Assembly: GCA_026398385.1 (NCBI GenBank)
Contig: JAPLSZ010000251.1
Span: 7,449-49,009, forward strand
Length of the DNA: 41,561 nucleotides
From: Kiritimatiellota bacterium
Lineage (GTDB): Bacteria; Verrucomicrobiota; Kiritimatiellia; CAIQIC01
Direction of reading: 5' to 3'
Positions 26,504 through 35,322 of this stretch are shown here, piece after piece. Each line of letters starts with the position of its first letter. The stretch's first letter is position 1. Both the position numbers and the translations under genes were made by a program. Below the pieces are notes generated by a model. The model ran no database searches. It worked only from the letters and a program-made list of their open reading frames with translations, and was not told the DNA's origin.

Positions 26504-26585
26504 GTGGGCGGGGCTTCCGGCGGGGCTTCCAGCCCCGCGCCCCCAGCAACCGACGTGCCCTCGCGGGGCTGGAAGCCCCGCCCAC
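26504..26585. repeat. Nested inverted repeat built from GC hairpin units, in a convergent intergenic region
   Basis: Outer arms GTGGGCGGGGCTTCC (26504-26518) / GGAAGCCCCGCCCAC (26571-26585) are perfect. Inner hairpins are GCGGGGC-TTCCA-GCCCCGC (26520-26538) and its reverse-complement copy (26563-26581). Lies between the stops of the SGNH gene (+) and the RND gene (-). Confidence 0.85.
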
Positions 26586-26632
26586 GAAGGCAAAGAGGCC
26601 GGACGGCCGACGCGGGAGGTTTCTTAGTCCAC

Positions 26633-29600
26633 TCATTCCAGGTCGGTGCGGGGCTTGAAGAAGCGCTCCTGGATCTTCTCCATGTAGAGGTAGATGCCGG
26701 GGGTGACGAACAGGGTGATGAGCTGGGCGAAAATCATGCCGCCGGCGACGACGAGGCCAAGGGGCTTGCGGCTGGCGGCATCGGCGCCGTAGCCGAGGGC
26801 GATGGGCATGACGCCTAGAATCGCGCACAGGCCGGTCATCAGGATCGGCCGGAACCGGACCACACAGGCATCGTGGATCGCGTCGTAGGCGTTCTTGCCC
26901 TCGCGCCGGCGCTGCTCGGCAAAGTCCACCATCAGTATGCCGTTCTTGGTGATCAGGCCGAGCAGGACGAAGACGCCGATGTAGGCGTAGAGCGACAGCT
27001 CGCTGCGGAAGGCGAACAGCGTCAGAAAGCCGCCGAAGACGGCGACAGGCAGCGTGGTCAGAATCGTGAAGGGGTGGATATAGCTTTCGTAGAGAATCCC
27101 CAGCACAATGTATTTCAGAAAAATCGCGATCAGCAGCAGCGCCCCCAGGCTGGCGATAGATTTCTTGAATTCCAACGCATCGCCGATGAAGGTGCCCGCG
27201 ACGCCCGATGGCATGAGCTGCGCGGCGCGCGCTTCGATGGCCTTGGTGATGTAGCCGAGGGGGACGCCGGGCCAGACGCTGAAGGAGATGGTCGCGGCTT
27301 CGTGCTGGTTGGCGTGCGGGACGTTCTGCGGGCTGGCTTCCTCGGTCCAGTTGACGAGGGATTTGAGCGGGACGAGGCTGCCGCTCAAGGGCGAGCGCAG
27401 ATAGAGCAGCCCGAGGTTCTCCGGCAGGCGCTGGCTGGATTTCTCGATCTCCGGGATGACCTGATACTGATCCTGGTCGGTGGTGAACTGGGTCGCATAG
27501 CCGCCGGCGAAGGCCAGCGCCAGGGCCTGTTCGATGGCCGCGACGCTGATGCCGAGCGCGGAGGCGCGGTCGCGGTCCAGGGCGACGTTCAGCCGCGGCA
27601 TGTTGAGCTTGACGCTGTTCTGGACGGCAAACGGCACGATGCCGCCGATCTGCCGCATCTCTTTTTCGAGTTGCTGCGCGGCGGCATAGACCGTGTCGCG
27701 GTCGAGGCCGGTGAGCATATAGGCGTAGTCGCTGCCCATCTGGGTAGATTCGGCGCCGGAGCTGATCTTGAGGACGGGCGCCGCGCGCAGGGCGACGATG
27801 CCTTCCGGGAAGCGGGCGAGCTTGCCCATGTATTGCTGCACGAGCTGCTCGATCGCCGGGCGCTCGTGCGGGGATTTGAGGCGGGCGAAGATGAAGCCGA
27901 TGCTTTGATCGGCGCCGGGCTGAAATCCGGTGACGCTGCCGAGCTGGGCGATGGCGGGCTCCTGCTTGAGCTGGGCGACGACCTTGGCTTGATAGGCTTG
28001 CATCTGCTCGGTGGAGGCTCCCTGCGGCATGATCATGGCGCCGAACATGAAGGAGCTGTCGCCGGGCGGCAGGAAGGAGGAGGGCAGGACGAAATAGAGG
28101 ACGCCGGTGCCCAGAATACAGGCCAGCCACATGACCACCGCGAGCCACTTGTGGCGGAGCTGCCAGTGCAGGGCCACGCTGTAGCCGCGGATCAGCCGGC
28201 CGATGTTGGCCGTGATCCAGCGCTGCACGCGGTTGGGGGCTTGTTCGTGCTTCAGGATGTGCGCGCACATCATCGGCGTGAGCGTCAGCGCGAGGATGGT
28301 CGAGACGATGATCGCATAGATGACCGTCATCGCAAACTCGTTCAGGTTCCGGCCGACCGCGCCGCTCATGAACACCAGCGGGAGGAAGACGATGATCAGC
28401 GCCGCGCTGGTGGAGATGACCGTAAAGGAGATTTCCCGCATGCTCAGCAGCGCCGCCGGGATCGGCTTCAGGCCTTCCTCCAGGTGGCGGACGGTGTTTT
28501 CCAGCACGACGATCGCGTCATCCACGAGGAAACCGACCGCCAGCACGATGCCCATCAGGGAGAGCATATCTATGTTGAACTTGCTCGGCAGCATCAGCAG
28601 CAGCGTGCCGAGGAGCGAGATCGGCAGCACGATGCTGGGGATGATTGTTTCGCGGATGCGACCGAGGAAGAAGAAGATCACCAGCACGACGAGAATCAGG
28701 GCGATGAGCACCGTCACCTCGACATCGTGCAGCGATTCGCGGATCGGGCCGGCGCCGTTGTGGAGGGCATCAATTTCAATCGAACCGGGCAGTTCGCGCT
28801 TGGCCACCGCGAGCGCTGCCGAGATTTTGTCGGCGACTTCGACGGTGTTCGCGCCGCTGGCGCGGGAGACCGCCATGACCACGCACTTGTCGGTGTCCGG
28901 CACGCCGGGCTTGGTGTAGCGGATGTTGACGAGGTCGTTGGCGATGCTGTCCACGCAGGAGGCCACGTCCTTCAGCCGGATCGGCGCGCCGGCGCGCTGG
29001 GCGATGATCAGTTCGCCGAACTCGCGGCCCGTGCGGAGCTGGCCCTGCGGTTCGATGACATAGGTGCGCACGGCGCCGTTCAGCGTGCCGCCGGGGATGT
29101 TGACCGTGCCGGCGCGCAACGCCGCGGCGAGCTCGTCTACGCCGATCTGGTAGGCCGCCAGCTTCGCCGGGCTGAACTGCACGCGCACGGCGCGCTTCGC
29201 GCCGAACACCTGCACCTGCGAGACGCCCTCGATCATGCTCAATTTGCGCGAGATGATGTGGCTGGCGTAGTCGTTGAGATCGCCATGCGTCAGCGTGGCG
29301 GAGTGCAACATGATGTAATAGATCGGCTGCTCCGATGGGTTGAACTTCTTGTAGGTTGGCGGGTTGGGCAGGTCCCTGGGCAGGTTGTTCTGCGCGCGGG
29401 TGATCGCCGCCTGGACGTCCGGCGCCACCAGGTCCACGCTGCGGCTCAGGCTGAAGGTCAGGTTGATGGTGGAGACGCCCTGCTTGTTGTCGGAGAGCAT
29501 GGACTGCAGGCCGTTGATCTGCGTGAACTCGTTTTCCAGCGGCAGCGCGACGGCGCTGGCCATGGTCGCGGGGCTGGCGCCCGGGTAGGCCACGATGACT

Positions 29601-29737
29601 TGGATGACAGGATAGTCCACCGTCGGCAGGCTGTTGACCGGCAGGCGCAGGTAGGCCCAGGCGCCGGCGACGATCATCAGGGTGGTCATCAAAATCGTCG
29701 CTATCGGGCGCCGTACAAAAACTTCAGAAAAGATCAC
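26633..29737 (-). CDS. RND efflux transporter permease (AcrB/HAE1-like)
   Basis: About 1035 aa, 12-TM. N-terminus (V)IFSEVFVRRPIATILMTTLMIVAG. Start set at GTG 29737 (GGAG upstream) rather than 29785. Confidence 0.93.
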   Translation of the reverse strand: MIFSEVFVRRPIATILMTTLMIVAGAWAYLRLPVNSLPTVDYPVIQVIVAYPGASPATMASAVALPLENEFTQINGLQSMLSDNKQGVSTINLTFSLSRSVDLVAPDVQAAITRAQNNLPRDLPNPPTYKKFNPSEQPIYYIMLHSATLTHGDLNDYASHIISRKLSMIEGVSQVQVFGAKRAVRVQFSPAKLAAYQIGVDELAAALRAGTVNIPGGTLNGAVRTYVIEPQGQLRTGREFGELIIAQRAGAPIRLKDVASCVDSIANDLVNIRYTKPGVPDTDKCVVMAVSRASGANTVEVADKISAALAVAKRELPGSIEIDALHNGAGPIRESLHDVEVTVLIALILVVLVIFFFLGRIRETIIPSIVLPISLLGTLLLMLPSKFNIDMLSLMGIVLAVGFLVDDAIVVLENTVRHLEEGLKPIPAALLSMREISFTVISTSAALIIVFLPLVFMSGAVGRNLNEFAMTVIYAIIVSTILALTLTPMMCAHILKHEQAPNRVQRWITANIGRLIRGYSVALHWQLRHKWLAVVMWLACILGTGVLYFVLPSSFLPPGDSSFMFGAMIMPQGASTEQMQAYQAKVVAQLKQEPAIAQLGSVTGFQPGADQSIGFIFARLKSPHERPAIEQLVQQYMGKLARFPEGIVALRAAPVLKISSGAESTQMGSDYAYMLTGLDRDTVYAAAQQLEKEMRQIGGIVPFAVQNSVKLNMPRLNVALDRDRASALGISVAAIEQALALAFAGGYATQFTTDQDQYQVIPEIEKSSQRLPENLGLLYLRSPLSGSLVPLKSLVNWTEEASPQNVPHANQHEAATISFSVWPGVPLGYITKAIEARAAQLMPSGVAGTFIGDALEFKKSIASLGALLLIAIFLKYIVLGILYESYIHPFTILTTLPVAVFGGFLTLFAFRSELSLYAYIGVFVLLGLITKNGILMVDFAEQRRREGKNAYDAIHDACVVRFRPILMTGLCAILGVMPIALGYGADAASRKPLGLVVAGGMIFAQLITLFVTPGIYLYMEKIQERFFKPRTDLE

Positions 29738-29771
29738 GTTTTGCTCCGTTTCTCGCCTTGGAAAAATCCGC

Positions 29772-30926
29772 TCATTCCCCCTCACGCGCGATCTTCGCCG
29801 CCGTTGGCGCCGCCGCCGGCGGCGGCTGGGTCGCGTCCATCACCGGCGCGCCGGGGAACAGCATCAACTGGCCGAGCACGACGACGTTCTCGCCGGCCTG
29901 CACGCCGGACACCGCCTGCACGAGGTCGCCCACGCGCACGCCGAGCTGTAGCGGCCGCAGTTCCGCGGTGTTCTGCGCCGAGACGACGAACAGATACGGC
30001 CCCTGCTTGCCGAATTGCACCGCGCCCTCCGGCACCATCACCGCGCCGGGCACCGTGCCGGCATGCAGGCGCACGCTGACGAACTGGTGCGCCCAGAGTT
30101 TCAGGTCCGGGTTCGGCGCGGAGCCGCGCAACTGGATGGTGCCGGTCTGCGCGCTGACGGCATTTTCGATAACGTCGAGCGTGGCGGTGTAGGTGTTCGT
30201 CTCGCCGCGCGGGACGAGTTCCAGCTTGACCGGTCCGGCGGCGAGCGCGCGGCGGATCAGCGGGAGGTAATCCTCCGAGACGGAAAAATCCACAAAGAGC
30301 GGATCATAGCTGCGGATGTTCACCAGCCGCGTCAGACCGGCGGCGACGAGGTTGCCGTCGTCGGTAGTGCGCGTCGAGCAGACGCCGGCGAGCGGCGCGG
30401 CGATCGTGCAGCGCGCCAGGTTCAGGCGCGCGAGCGCGAGCAGCGCTTCGTCGGCCTGCAGCGCGGCGCTGGCGGCGGCGAACCTGGTCTTGATCGTGCC
30501 GAAGTCCTCGGCGGAGATCAGTTTCTTTTCGAGCAGCGGCTGGTTGCGCTCCATGGTCAGGCGCGCGAGTTCGCGGTTCGCCTGGTCGGCGGCGCGCGCG
30601 GCCTCGGCCTGCTGGACGCGCGCGGCGTAGTCGCGGGGATCAATCTGGAACAGCGGCTGCGCGTTGGTGACCACGGCGCCGTCCTGGATGAACGTCTGGA
30701 GCAGTTGCCCGGAGACCTGCGGGACGATGTCCACACTCATCCGCGCCTTCGTGGTGCCGAAGGCGTTGATGAGGACCGGCGCATCCATCGGCAGCGCGGG
30801 CGTCAGCTTGACGGGGAACGCCATCTTGGGGGGCGGGCCGGCGTGCTTGCCGCAGCCCGCCATCACGGCTACTACGGCCAGCGTGGCCAGCCCGCGTGTT
30901 GTTTTCAGAAAAATGTTGGGCTTCAT
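29772..30926 (-). CDS. RND efflux periplasmic adaptor (MFP, AcrA-like), lipoprotein
   Basis: Lipobox VMAGCG. Biotinyl-lipoyl/hairpin/beta-barrel pattern (VSGQLLQTFIQDGAVV..GQPLFQIDPRDY...AEAA...C.I.AP..G). Confidence 0.9.
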   Translation of the reverse strand: MKPNIFLKTTRGLATLAVVAVMAGCGKHAGPPPKMAFPVKLTPALPMDAPVLINAFGTTKARMSVDIVPQVSGQLLQTFIQDGAVVTNAQPLFQIDPRDYAARVQQAEAARAADQANRELARLTMERNQPLLEKKLISAEDFGTIKTRFAAASAALQADEALLALARLNLARCTIAAPLAGVCSTRTTDDGNLVAAGLTRLVNIRSYDPLFVDFSVSEDYLPLIRRALAAGPVKLELVPRGETNTYTATLDVIENAVSAQTGTIQLRGSAPNPDLKLWAHQFVSVRLHAGTVPGAVMVPEGAVQFGKQGPYLFVVSAQNTAELRPLQLGVRVGDLVQAVSGVQAGENVVVLGQLMLFPGAPVMDATQPPPAAAPTAAKIAREGE

Positions 30927-30962
30927 GTTTTTCTCCGTCGCGCGATGTTCATCGTTGCATTT

Positions 30963-31036
30963 GTAGGGGCGCAGTCTTGCTGCGTCCCATGTGCTCGGCG
31001 GTCATTTAGACGGGCGCAGCAAGACTGCGCCCCTAC
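30963..31036. repeat. Perfect 22-bp inverted repeat GTAGGGGCGCAGTCTTGCTGCG ... CGCAGCAAGACTGCGCCCCTAC (30-nt spacer)
   Basis: Read directly. It lies inside the efflux operon, between the OMF stop (31072) and the MFP start (30926). Confidence 0.9.
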
Positions 31037-31071
31037 CAACTGGTTGCCAGCCGGCACGGCAAGCCAAGGTT

Positions 31072-32514
31072 TCACGGTTGCCTCTCTGCCCTGGGGGCGT
31101 CCAGGTTTTCCCGGTCGAGCGTACCGCTGGCGAAGGCCAGGTTGGCCAGGGCGGTGAAGGCCTCCTGCCGCGCCGCGATGTTCTGGCTGCGCGCGCGCGC
31201 GAGCTGCGCCTCCGCCGTGAGCAGGTTGAGGATGTTCAACAAGCCGGCCTTATAGCTGTCCAGCGCGAGGTCATAGGCCGCCTGGGCGCTGTTCAGCAGC
31301 GCGGCGCTCGCGGCGCATTTTTTCAGCGCGGTCTGGTAGTTCTGATGCCCGCTCCACACCGCGGCGCTGGCGGCGAGTTCCGCCTGTTGCAACTGGCTGC
31401 GAACCGACGCCGCCTGCGCGGCGGCGGCGCGCCGGGCGTTGCGCGTCTGCAGACCGTCGAACAGCGTCCATTGCAGACTCAGGCCCGCGCCGTAGTTCCA
31501 ATCGTTCTCGGCCACGAACTGGCCGGTCCAGACCTTGTTGTAGTCGCGCAGCGCGTGGCCGTTGAGATAGAGCGACGGCCAGTTCGGCGCGCCGGCGACC
31601 TTGATCGCCGATGTGCTCGCCTGGAGCCGGGCGCGCAGCGCGGCGATGTCCGGCCGGCGGGCGAGCGCGGCATCAATCATCGGCGTCAACTGCGCGGCGT
31701 CCACGGCCGCGGGCAGGGTTTGCGCGGGCGCAGCCACCTGGACCGCCACATCCGCCGGCAACCCCAGCGCCTGGGTCAAGGCGGCCCGCGCGTTTTGCTC
31801 AGCGCCTTCCGCGCCCGCGAGCAGGAACGCGGCTTGATCCATCAGCGCCTGCGCCTGCAACACATCCAGTTCGCGCCCGACGCCGTGGTCGCGCCGGAGC
31901 TTCGCGAACTCGAGCGCGGTCTGCGCATCCGTGAGCTGCGCCTGCGCGGCGGTGATGCCAGCCTGCGCGCTAACAAGACCAAAGTAGGCCTGCTGCACCG
32001 CCAGCAGGATACCCTGCAACGTGCTGTTGAACGTGTAGTTGGCCGCATACACGGTGTGCAGCGCCTGTTCCACGGCCGCTTCGCGTCCGCCGCCGAAGTT
32101 GAAGATCAGGTAGTTGAGCTGCAGACCCGGCCCGTAGCCCAGATAGTCCTGGTCGAGCTGGTCCACACTGGAGTTGACCTTCTGGCGGGTGACGCTGCCC
32201 TGCGCGGTGACGGTCGGCATGAAATAGCCGCGCGCCTGCTGGGCCTGCGCGGCCGCCACGCGGGCGTCGTTCCACGCCTTGCGGCTCGCCGGATTGTTCT
32301 GCAAGGCGATATCGGCCAGTTCCGCCAGCTTCAGCGGTTTGGTCAGATTGGGACAGCGCGCGCGCAGTTCCTGCCACGACTGTAAAGAGGTCCGCGCCCG
32401 TTGCGGCGGCTTCCAAGGCTGAACCGCCGATTCCGGCGCGGGCGCCGAGACGCAGCCGGCCAACGCCATGGCTGCTGTGACCAGCGCGGCCGCAAGGTAA
32501 ATCCGGTGATTCAT
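31072..32514 (-). CDS. Outer-membrane efflux factor (TolC/NodT-family lipoprotein)
   Basis: MNHRIYLAAALVTAAMALAGC lipobox. Two repeated OEP halves with a coiled-coil pattern. Start ATG 32514 overlaps the marR stop (ATGA). Confidence 0.9.
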   Translation of the reverse strand: MNHRIYLAAALVTAAMALAGCVSAPAPESAVQPWKPPQRARTSLQSWQELRARCPNLTKPLKLAELADIALQNNPASRKAWNDARVAAAQAQQARGYFMPTVTAQGSVTRQKVNSSVDQLDQDYLGYGPGLQLNYLIFNFGGGREAAVEQALHTVYAANYTFNSTLQGILLAVQQAYFGLVSAQAGITAAQAQLTDAQTALEFAKLRRDHGVGRELDVLQAQALMDQAAFLLAGAEGAEQNARAALTQALGLPADVAVQVAAPAQTLPAAVDAAQLTPMIDAALARRPDIAALRARLQASTSAIKVAGAPNWPSLYLNGHALRDYNKVWTGQFVAENDWNYGAGLSLQWTLFDGLQTRNARRAAAAQAASVRSQLQQAELAASAAVWSGHQNYQTALKKCAASAALLNSAQAAYDLALDSYKAGLLNILNLLTAEAQLARARSQNIAARQEAFTALANLAFASGTLDRENLDAPRAERQP

Positions 32515-32888
32515 GACGTGTCCCTTTTGCGCGCGCGCGACGCGCGGCGCTGTCCACGCATCTGCTCCAGGCTGCGCCGCCCTCTGGCGGTGAGCGCCAC
32601 GCGCACCTCGCGCCGGTCCGCGCGGCTGCGGCGGCGCGCCACCAGCCCGCGGCGCGCGAGTTGATCCGCCAGGCCCGTCGCCGTCGAGCCGTGCAGCCGC
32701 AGTTCCCCGGCCAGCGCGCGCATGGTGCAGGGGCCGCGATCGAAGAGGTGCTCCAGCGCCCACATCTGCGGCAAGGTGAGCGCGCCCAGCGTGGAAAGAT
32801 CGGTTTGCGAGATGCCGCGCGATAAACGCGGCAGCAGCGCGACGAGGCGCGCGGCAAACTGCTCCAGTGTGAGGGCGGCGGTGGTCAT
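32511..32888 (-). CDS. MarR-family transcriptional regulator
   Basis: 125 aa. Winged-helix pattern LTLPQMWALEHLFDRGPCTMRALAGELRLHGSTATGLADQLARRGLVAR. First gene of the efflux operon. Confidence 0.85.
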   Translation of the reverse strand: MTTAALTLEQFAARLVALLPRLSRGISQTDLSTLGALTLPQMWALEHLFDRGPCTMRALAGELRLHGSTATGLADQLARRGLVARRRSRADRREVRVALTARGRRSLEQMRGQRRASRARKRDTS

Positions 32889-32901
32889 ATTACTTCGCCT
32901 T

Positions 32902-32914
32902 ACGAAATATTCGT
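32902..32914. promoter_or_regulatory. Candidate MarR operator half-site pair ACGAA-ATA-TTCGT
   Basis: Perfect 5+5 inverted repeat 14 nt upstream of the marR ATG. A related CGAAATAAATTCG occurs at 32951-32963. Assignment as an operator is inference. Confidence 0.3.
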
Positions 32915-33075
32915 GACGCGAACTATAACCCCGAATCCGCCGGGTGCAAGCGAAATAAATTCGGTTTTACGCTTGAGAAATGCCGGCGAATGCGGGATTA
33001 TGCACCATGGTTTATGGCTGCGGCAGATCAAGGACAGCGCTGCGGTGGCGGCGTGTCGGGGAAGAAGGGCAGGGT

Positions 33076-34914
33076 ATGCAGACAGGGAAACAAGAGCGCG
33101 GCGTCAGCGTTTGGCTGGCGACGCTGGTAGCACTCGGTCTGGCGGCGGGCCATCTGGCGCCGGCCCAAGCGTTGGGGAGCGGCGCGGTTCCGGCCACTGT
33201 GCACCCGGCGGACGACGAGGCCTTCGTGTTTTCGCTTACGGCCAGCAATCCGCCGGCCGCGGCTGCCGAACCGGCGGGTCTGACGAACGCGCCGCAGGCG
33301 CGTTTGAACGCGGCGCAGAACGACGTGCAGCAGGGCCGGGTGGCCCAGGCGATTCCGACACTGGAACGACTGGTGGACGAGGCGCCGCAACTGACGGACG
33401 CCTGGGAGACGCTCGGCTGGGCTTACTGGCGGCTGGGGCGGGAGGACGAAGCCCTCGCGCTATGGGGGAAATTGCTGAAGCTCAACCCGCAGATGCCGCA
33501 GGCCTACAATCTGCTGGGGGCAGCCAGCGTCAAGCGTAACGAGCTGACCATGGCCGCCATGTACTATGAAAAGAGCCTGCAGATCCAGCCGGACCAATAC
33601 GATGTGGAATTGGCCCTGGCCCGCATCGCGCGCTGGACCGGCGACGAGGAGCGTGCCATCGAAAAATTGCGGGCCTTGGCGGCGAAAGATCCCCGGCGCC
33701 GGGATGTGAAAAACGAGTTGTCCCGCGCGCTGGGGGGCGCAAGCGAAGAGCCGGCCAACCCTGTGGAACCCGGCGCGCCAGGGTCCTCCTCTGCCACCAA
33801 CGAGGAACACCGGGCGCGTCCGGCGGCGGACGCGTCATCTCCGCGCAACGCGCTCGCCGGCCAGCCGCCGGCCAGCCTCCCGGGGGACCGCGCTGCGCCT
33901 GAGCGCGCAGCCCAGCCGCCCGCCCCGCCGCTCGCGGTGGCGAGCGAGGGGCGCGGCGCGCAGAACGTCGCGCGCTACCGGCCGTATGTCGGGGCGCTAG
34001 CCGAAACCTTTCAGGATAATCTGGATAGCCGCAACTGGCGCGCATACGGACGCGCGGGCTTCCAGCCGACGCCCCGTCTGACGGTCGAAGGCCGTGCCGG
34101 TTATGGTCAGATGAAACAGGCCTTCACCAACAGCAGCGCGATCAATGTTCCCGACATCACGTTGGACGAGAAGATGGTCAGCCTCGCCCCCTCGTGCACG
34201 TCCCCGAACGGCTGGACGTTGCTGGGCGAGTTAGCGGCTCGCCAGTTCTCCGGCGCCGTTCCGGGCGCGCAGAATTTTGATAAAACCGTATTGCAATATG
34301 CCCTCGAGGGCCAGGCCAAGCCGCTGCTGCCCCTCGACGTGGCGGCGCGGTACGAGCACGACATCGTCCCCGCCGCCCGCGCGGCCCTCAAGGAGACCAC
34401 CTCCAACATGGCCTTGCTTAGCGCCGTCTGGAGCCTGACCGACTGGTGGAACCTCTGGGCCAGCGGCGAACGGTACGATTTTTCCGATGGCAATGCCCGC
34501 AACCACCTGGCGCTGAGCAGTTCCTGGCTGGTGTGGGAGCCGCTCGGCCTGCATCTGGGCCTGCGGTACGCCTATGCCGACGCCAGCGTGGCCAGTCCCG
34601 ATTACTGGACGCCTTATCAATTGCAGCGGTATTTTGTCGAGGCCGATCTGCGCGGGACGCAGCTGCGCATCTTTTATAACCTGCGCCTGCGCTATGGCCT
34701 GGGGCGGCAGGGCGTGCGGCCGGAAGCCCAGGCGGCCCTCGCCTTGCCCGGCAGCAATCCGCCCGAGGAGGGCTGGCAACCGGTGATCGGCGCCAGCGCC
34801 GCCGCGCGCGCGAAGGTCGGCAAACATTGGGAACTCAGCGGCGAAGTTTCGCACAACAAGATGCCTGACTATAACGAAACCACGGTAACGGCTGGCTTGA
34901 ACTACAGGTTCTGA
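33076..34914 (+). CDS. TPR-repeat protein fused to a C-terminal outer-membrane beta-barrel (PgaA/YaiO-type architecture)
   Basis: Signal peptide MQTGKQERGVSVWLATLVALGLAAGHLAPAQA. TPRs (DAWETLGWAYWRLGREDEALALWGKLLKLNPQMPQAYNLLG...). Pro/Ala linker. An alternating-hydrophobic C-domain of about 310 aa ends in ...TAGLNYRF (aromatic terminal residue). Confidence 0.7.
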   Translation: MQTGKQERGVSVWLATLVALGLAAGHLAPAQALGSGAVPATVHPADDEAFVFSLTASNPPAAAAEPAGLTNAPQARLNAAQNDVQQGRVAQAIPTLERLVDEAPQLTDAWETLGWAYWRLGREDEALALWGKLLKLNPQMPQAYNLLGAASVKRNELTMAAMYYEKSLQIQPDQYDVELALARIARWTGDEERAIEKLRALAAKDPRRRDVKNELSRALGGASEEPANPVEPGAPGSSSATNEEHRARPAADASSPRNALAGQPPASLPGDRAAPERAAQPPAPPLAVASEGRGAQNVARYRPYVGALAETFQDNLDSRNWRAYGRAGFQPTPRLTVEGRAGYGQMKQAFTNSSAINVPDITLDEKMVSLAPSCTSPNGWTLLGELAARQFSGAVPGAQNFDKTVLQYALEGQAKPLLPLDVAARYEHDIVPAARAALKETTSNMALLSAVWSLTDWWNLWASGERYDFSDGNARNHLALSSSWLVWEPLGLHLGLRYAYADASVASPDYWTPYQLQRYFVEADLRGTQLRIFYNLRLRYGLGRQGVRPEAQAALALPGSNPPEEGWQPVIGASAAARAKVGKHWELSGEVSHNKMPDYNETTVTAGLNYRF

Positions 34915-35014
34915 GCATGGTCGGGCTTTGAACCAATACGGACCGGTGCTATAGTGCAGCGGCGCGCCTGTGGCGGGATGGATGTTTGGGGCGGTTACGC
35001 GGACGAAAGGGGAA

Positions 35015-35245
35015 ATGCCAGTGGATACGCAATTGTTTCTCGCGAGCTTGGCCGGAATTCTCAAGGTCCTACCCGGTTCGATCAAGGGGGAAGATCAACT
35101 GGATCAATGTGCGTCTTGGGATTCGCTGGCGGTGGTCACCTTTCTGACCATGGCCAACTCGAAATTTGGCGTGCGCGTATCGCCGCCGGCGGTGATTCGA
35201 TGCAAGACGGTAGCCGATTTGATGCGGCTGGTCGCCAAGCCCTGA
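35015..35245 (+). CDS. Acyl/peptidyl carrier protein (PP-binding)
   Basis: 76 aa. ...QLDQCASWDSLAVVTFLTMANSKFGVRV with Ser codon 35123-35125 in a DSL motif. ATG 35015 is preceded by AAAGGGGAA. Confidence 0.75.
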   Translation: MPVDTQLFLASLAGILKVLPGSIKGEDQLDQCASWDSLAVVTFLTMANSKFGVRVSPPAVIRCKTVADLMRLVAKP

Positions 35246-35322
35246 TCGGCGGCCACCCGATCATAGGAGAGGCCAAGCCTGGGTTCATCCTGGAAGAGTT
35301 TGGCGCAGGCCGCCTGACATGT

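Noticed and set aside
26873-30079. 1068-aa + strand ORF, and a 613-aa alternative-frame minus-strand ORF (26427-28268), overlapping the RND permease
   Set aside because: Same GC-rich artefact. The RND frame has unambiguous AcrB-like sequence over its whole length; the others are low-complexity R/G/D/A strings.
34954-35322. Upstream extension of the FkbH-like ORF (start 34954 or ATG 35200), overlapping the carrier-protein gene
   Set aside because: The extension has a junk-like sequence (MQRRACGGMDVWGG...) and overlaps a well-formed carrier protein in another frame. ATG 35323 is preferred, though 35200 cannot be excluded.
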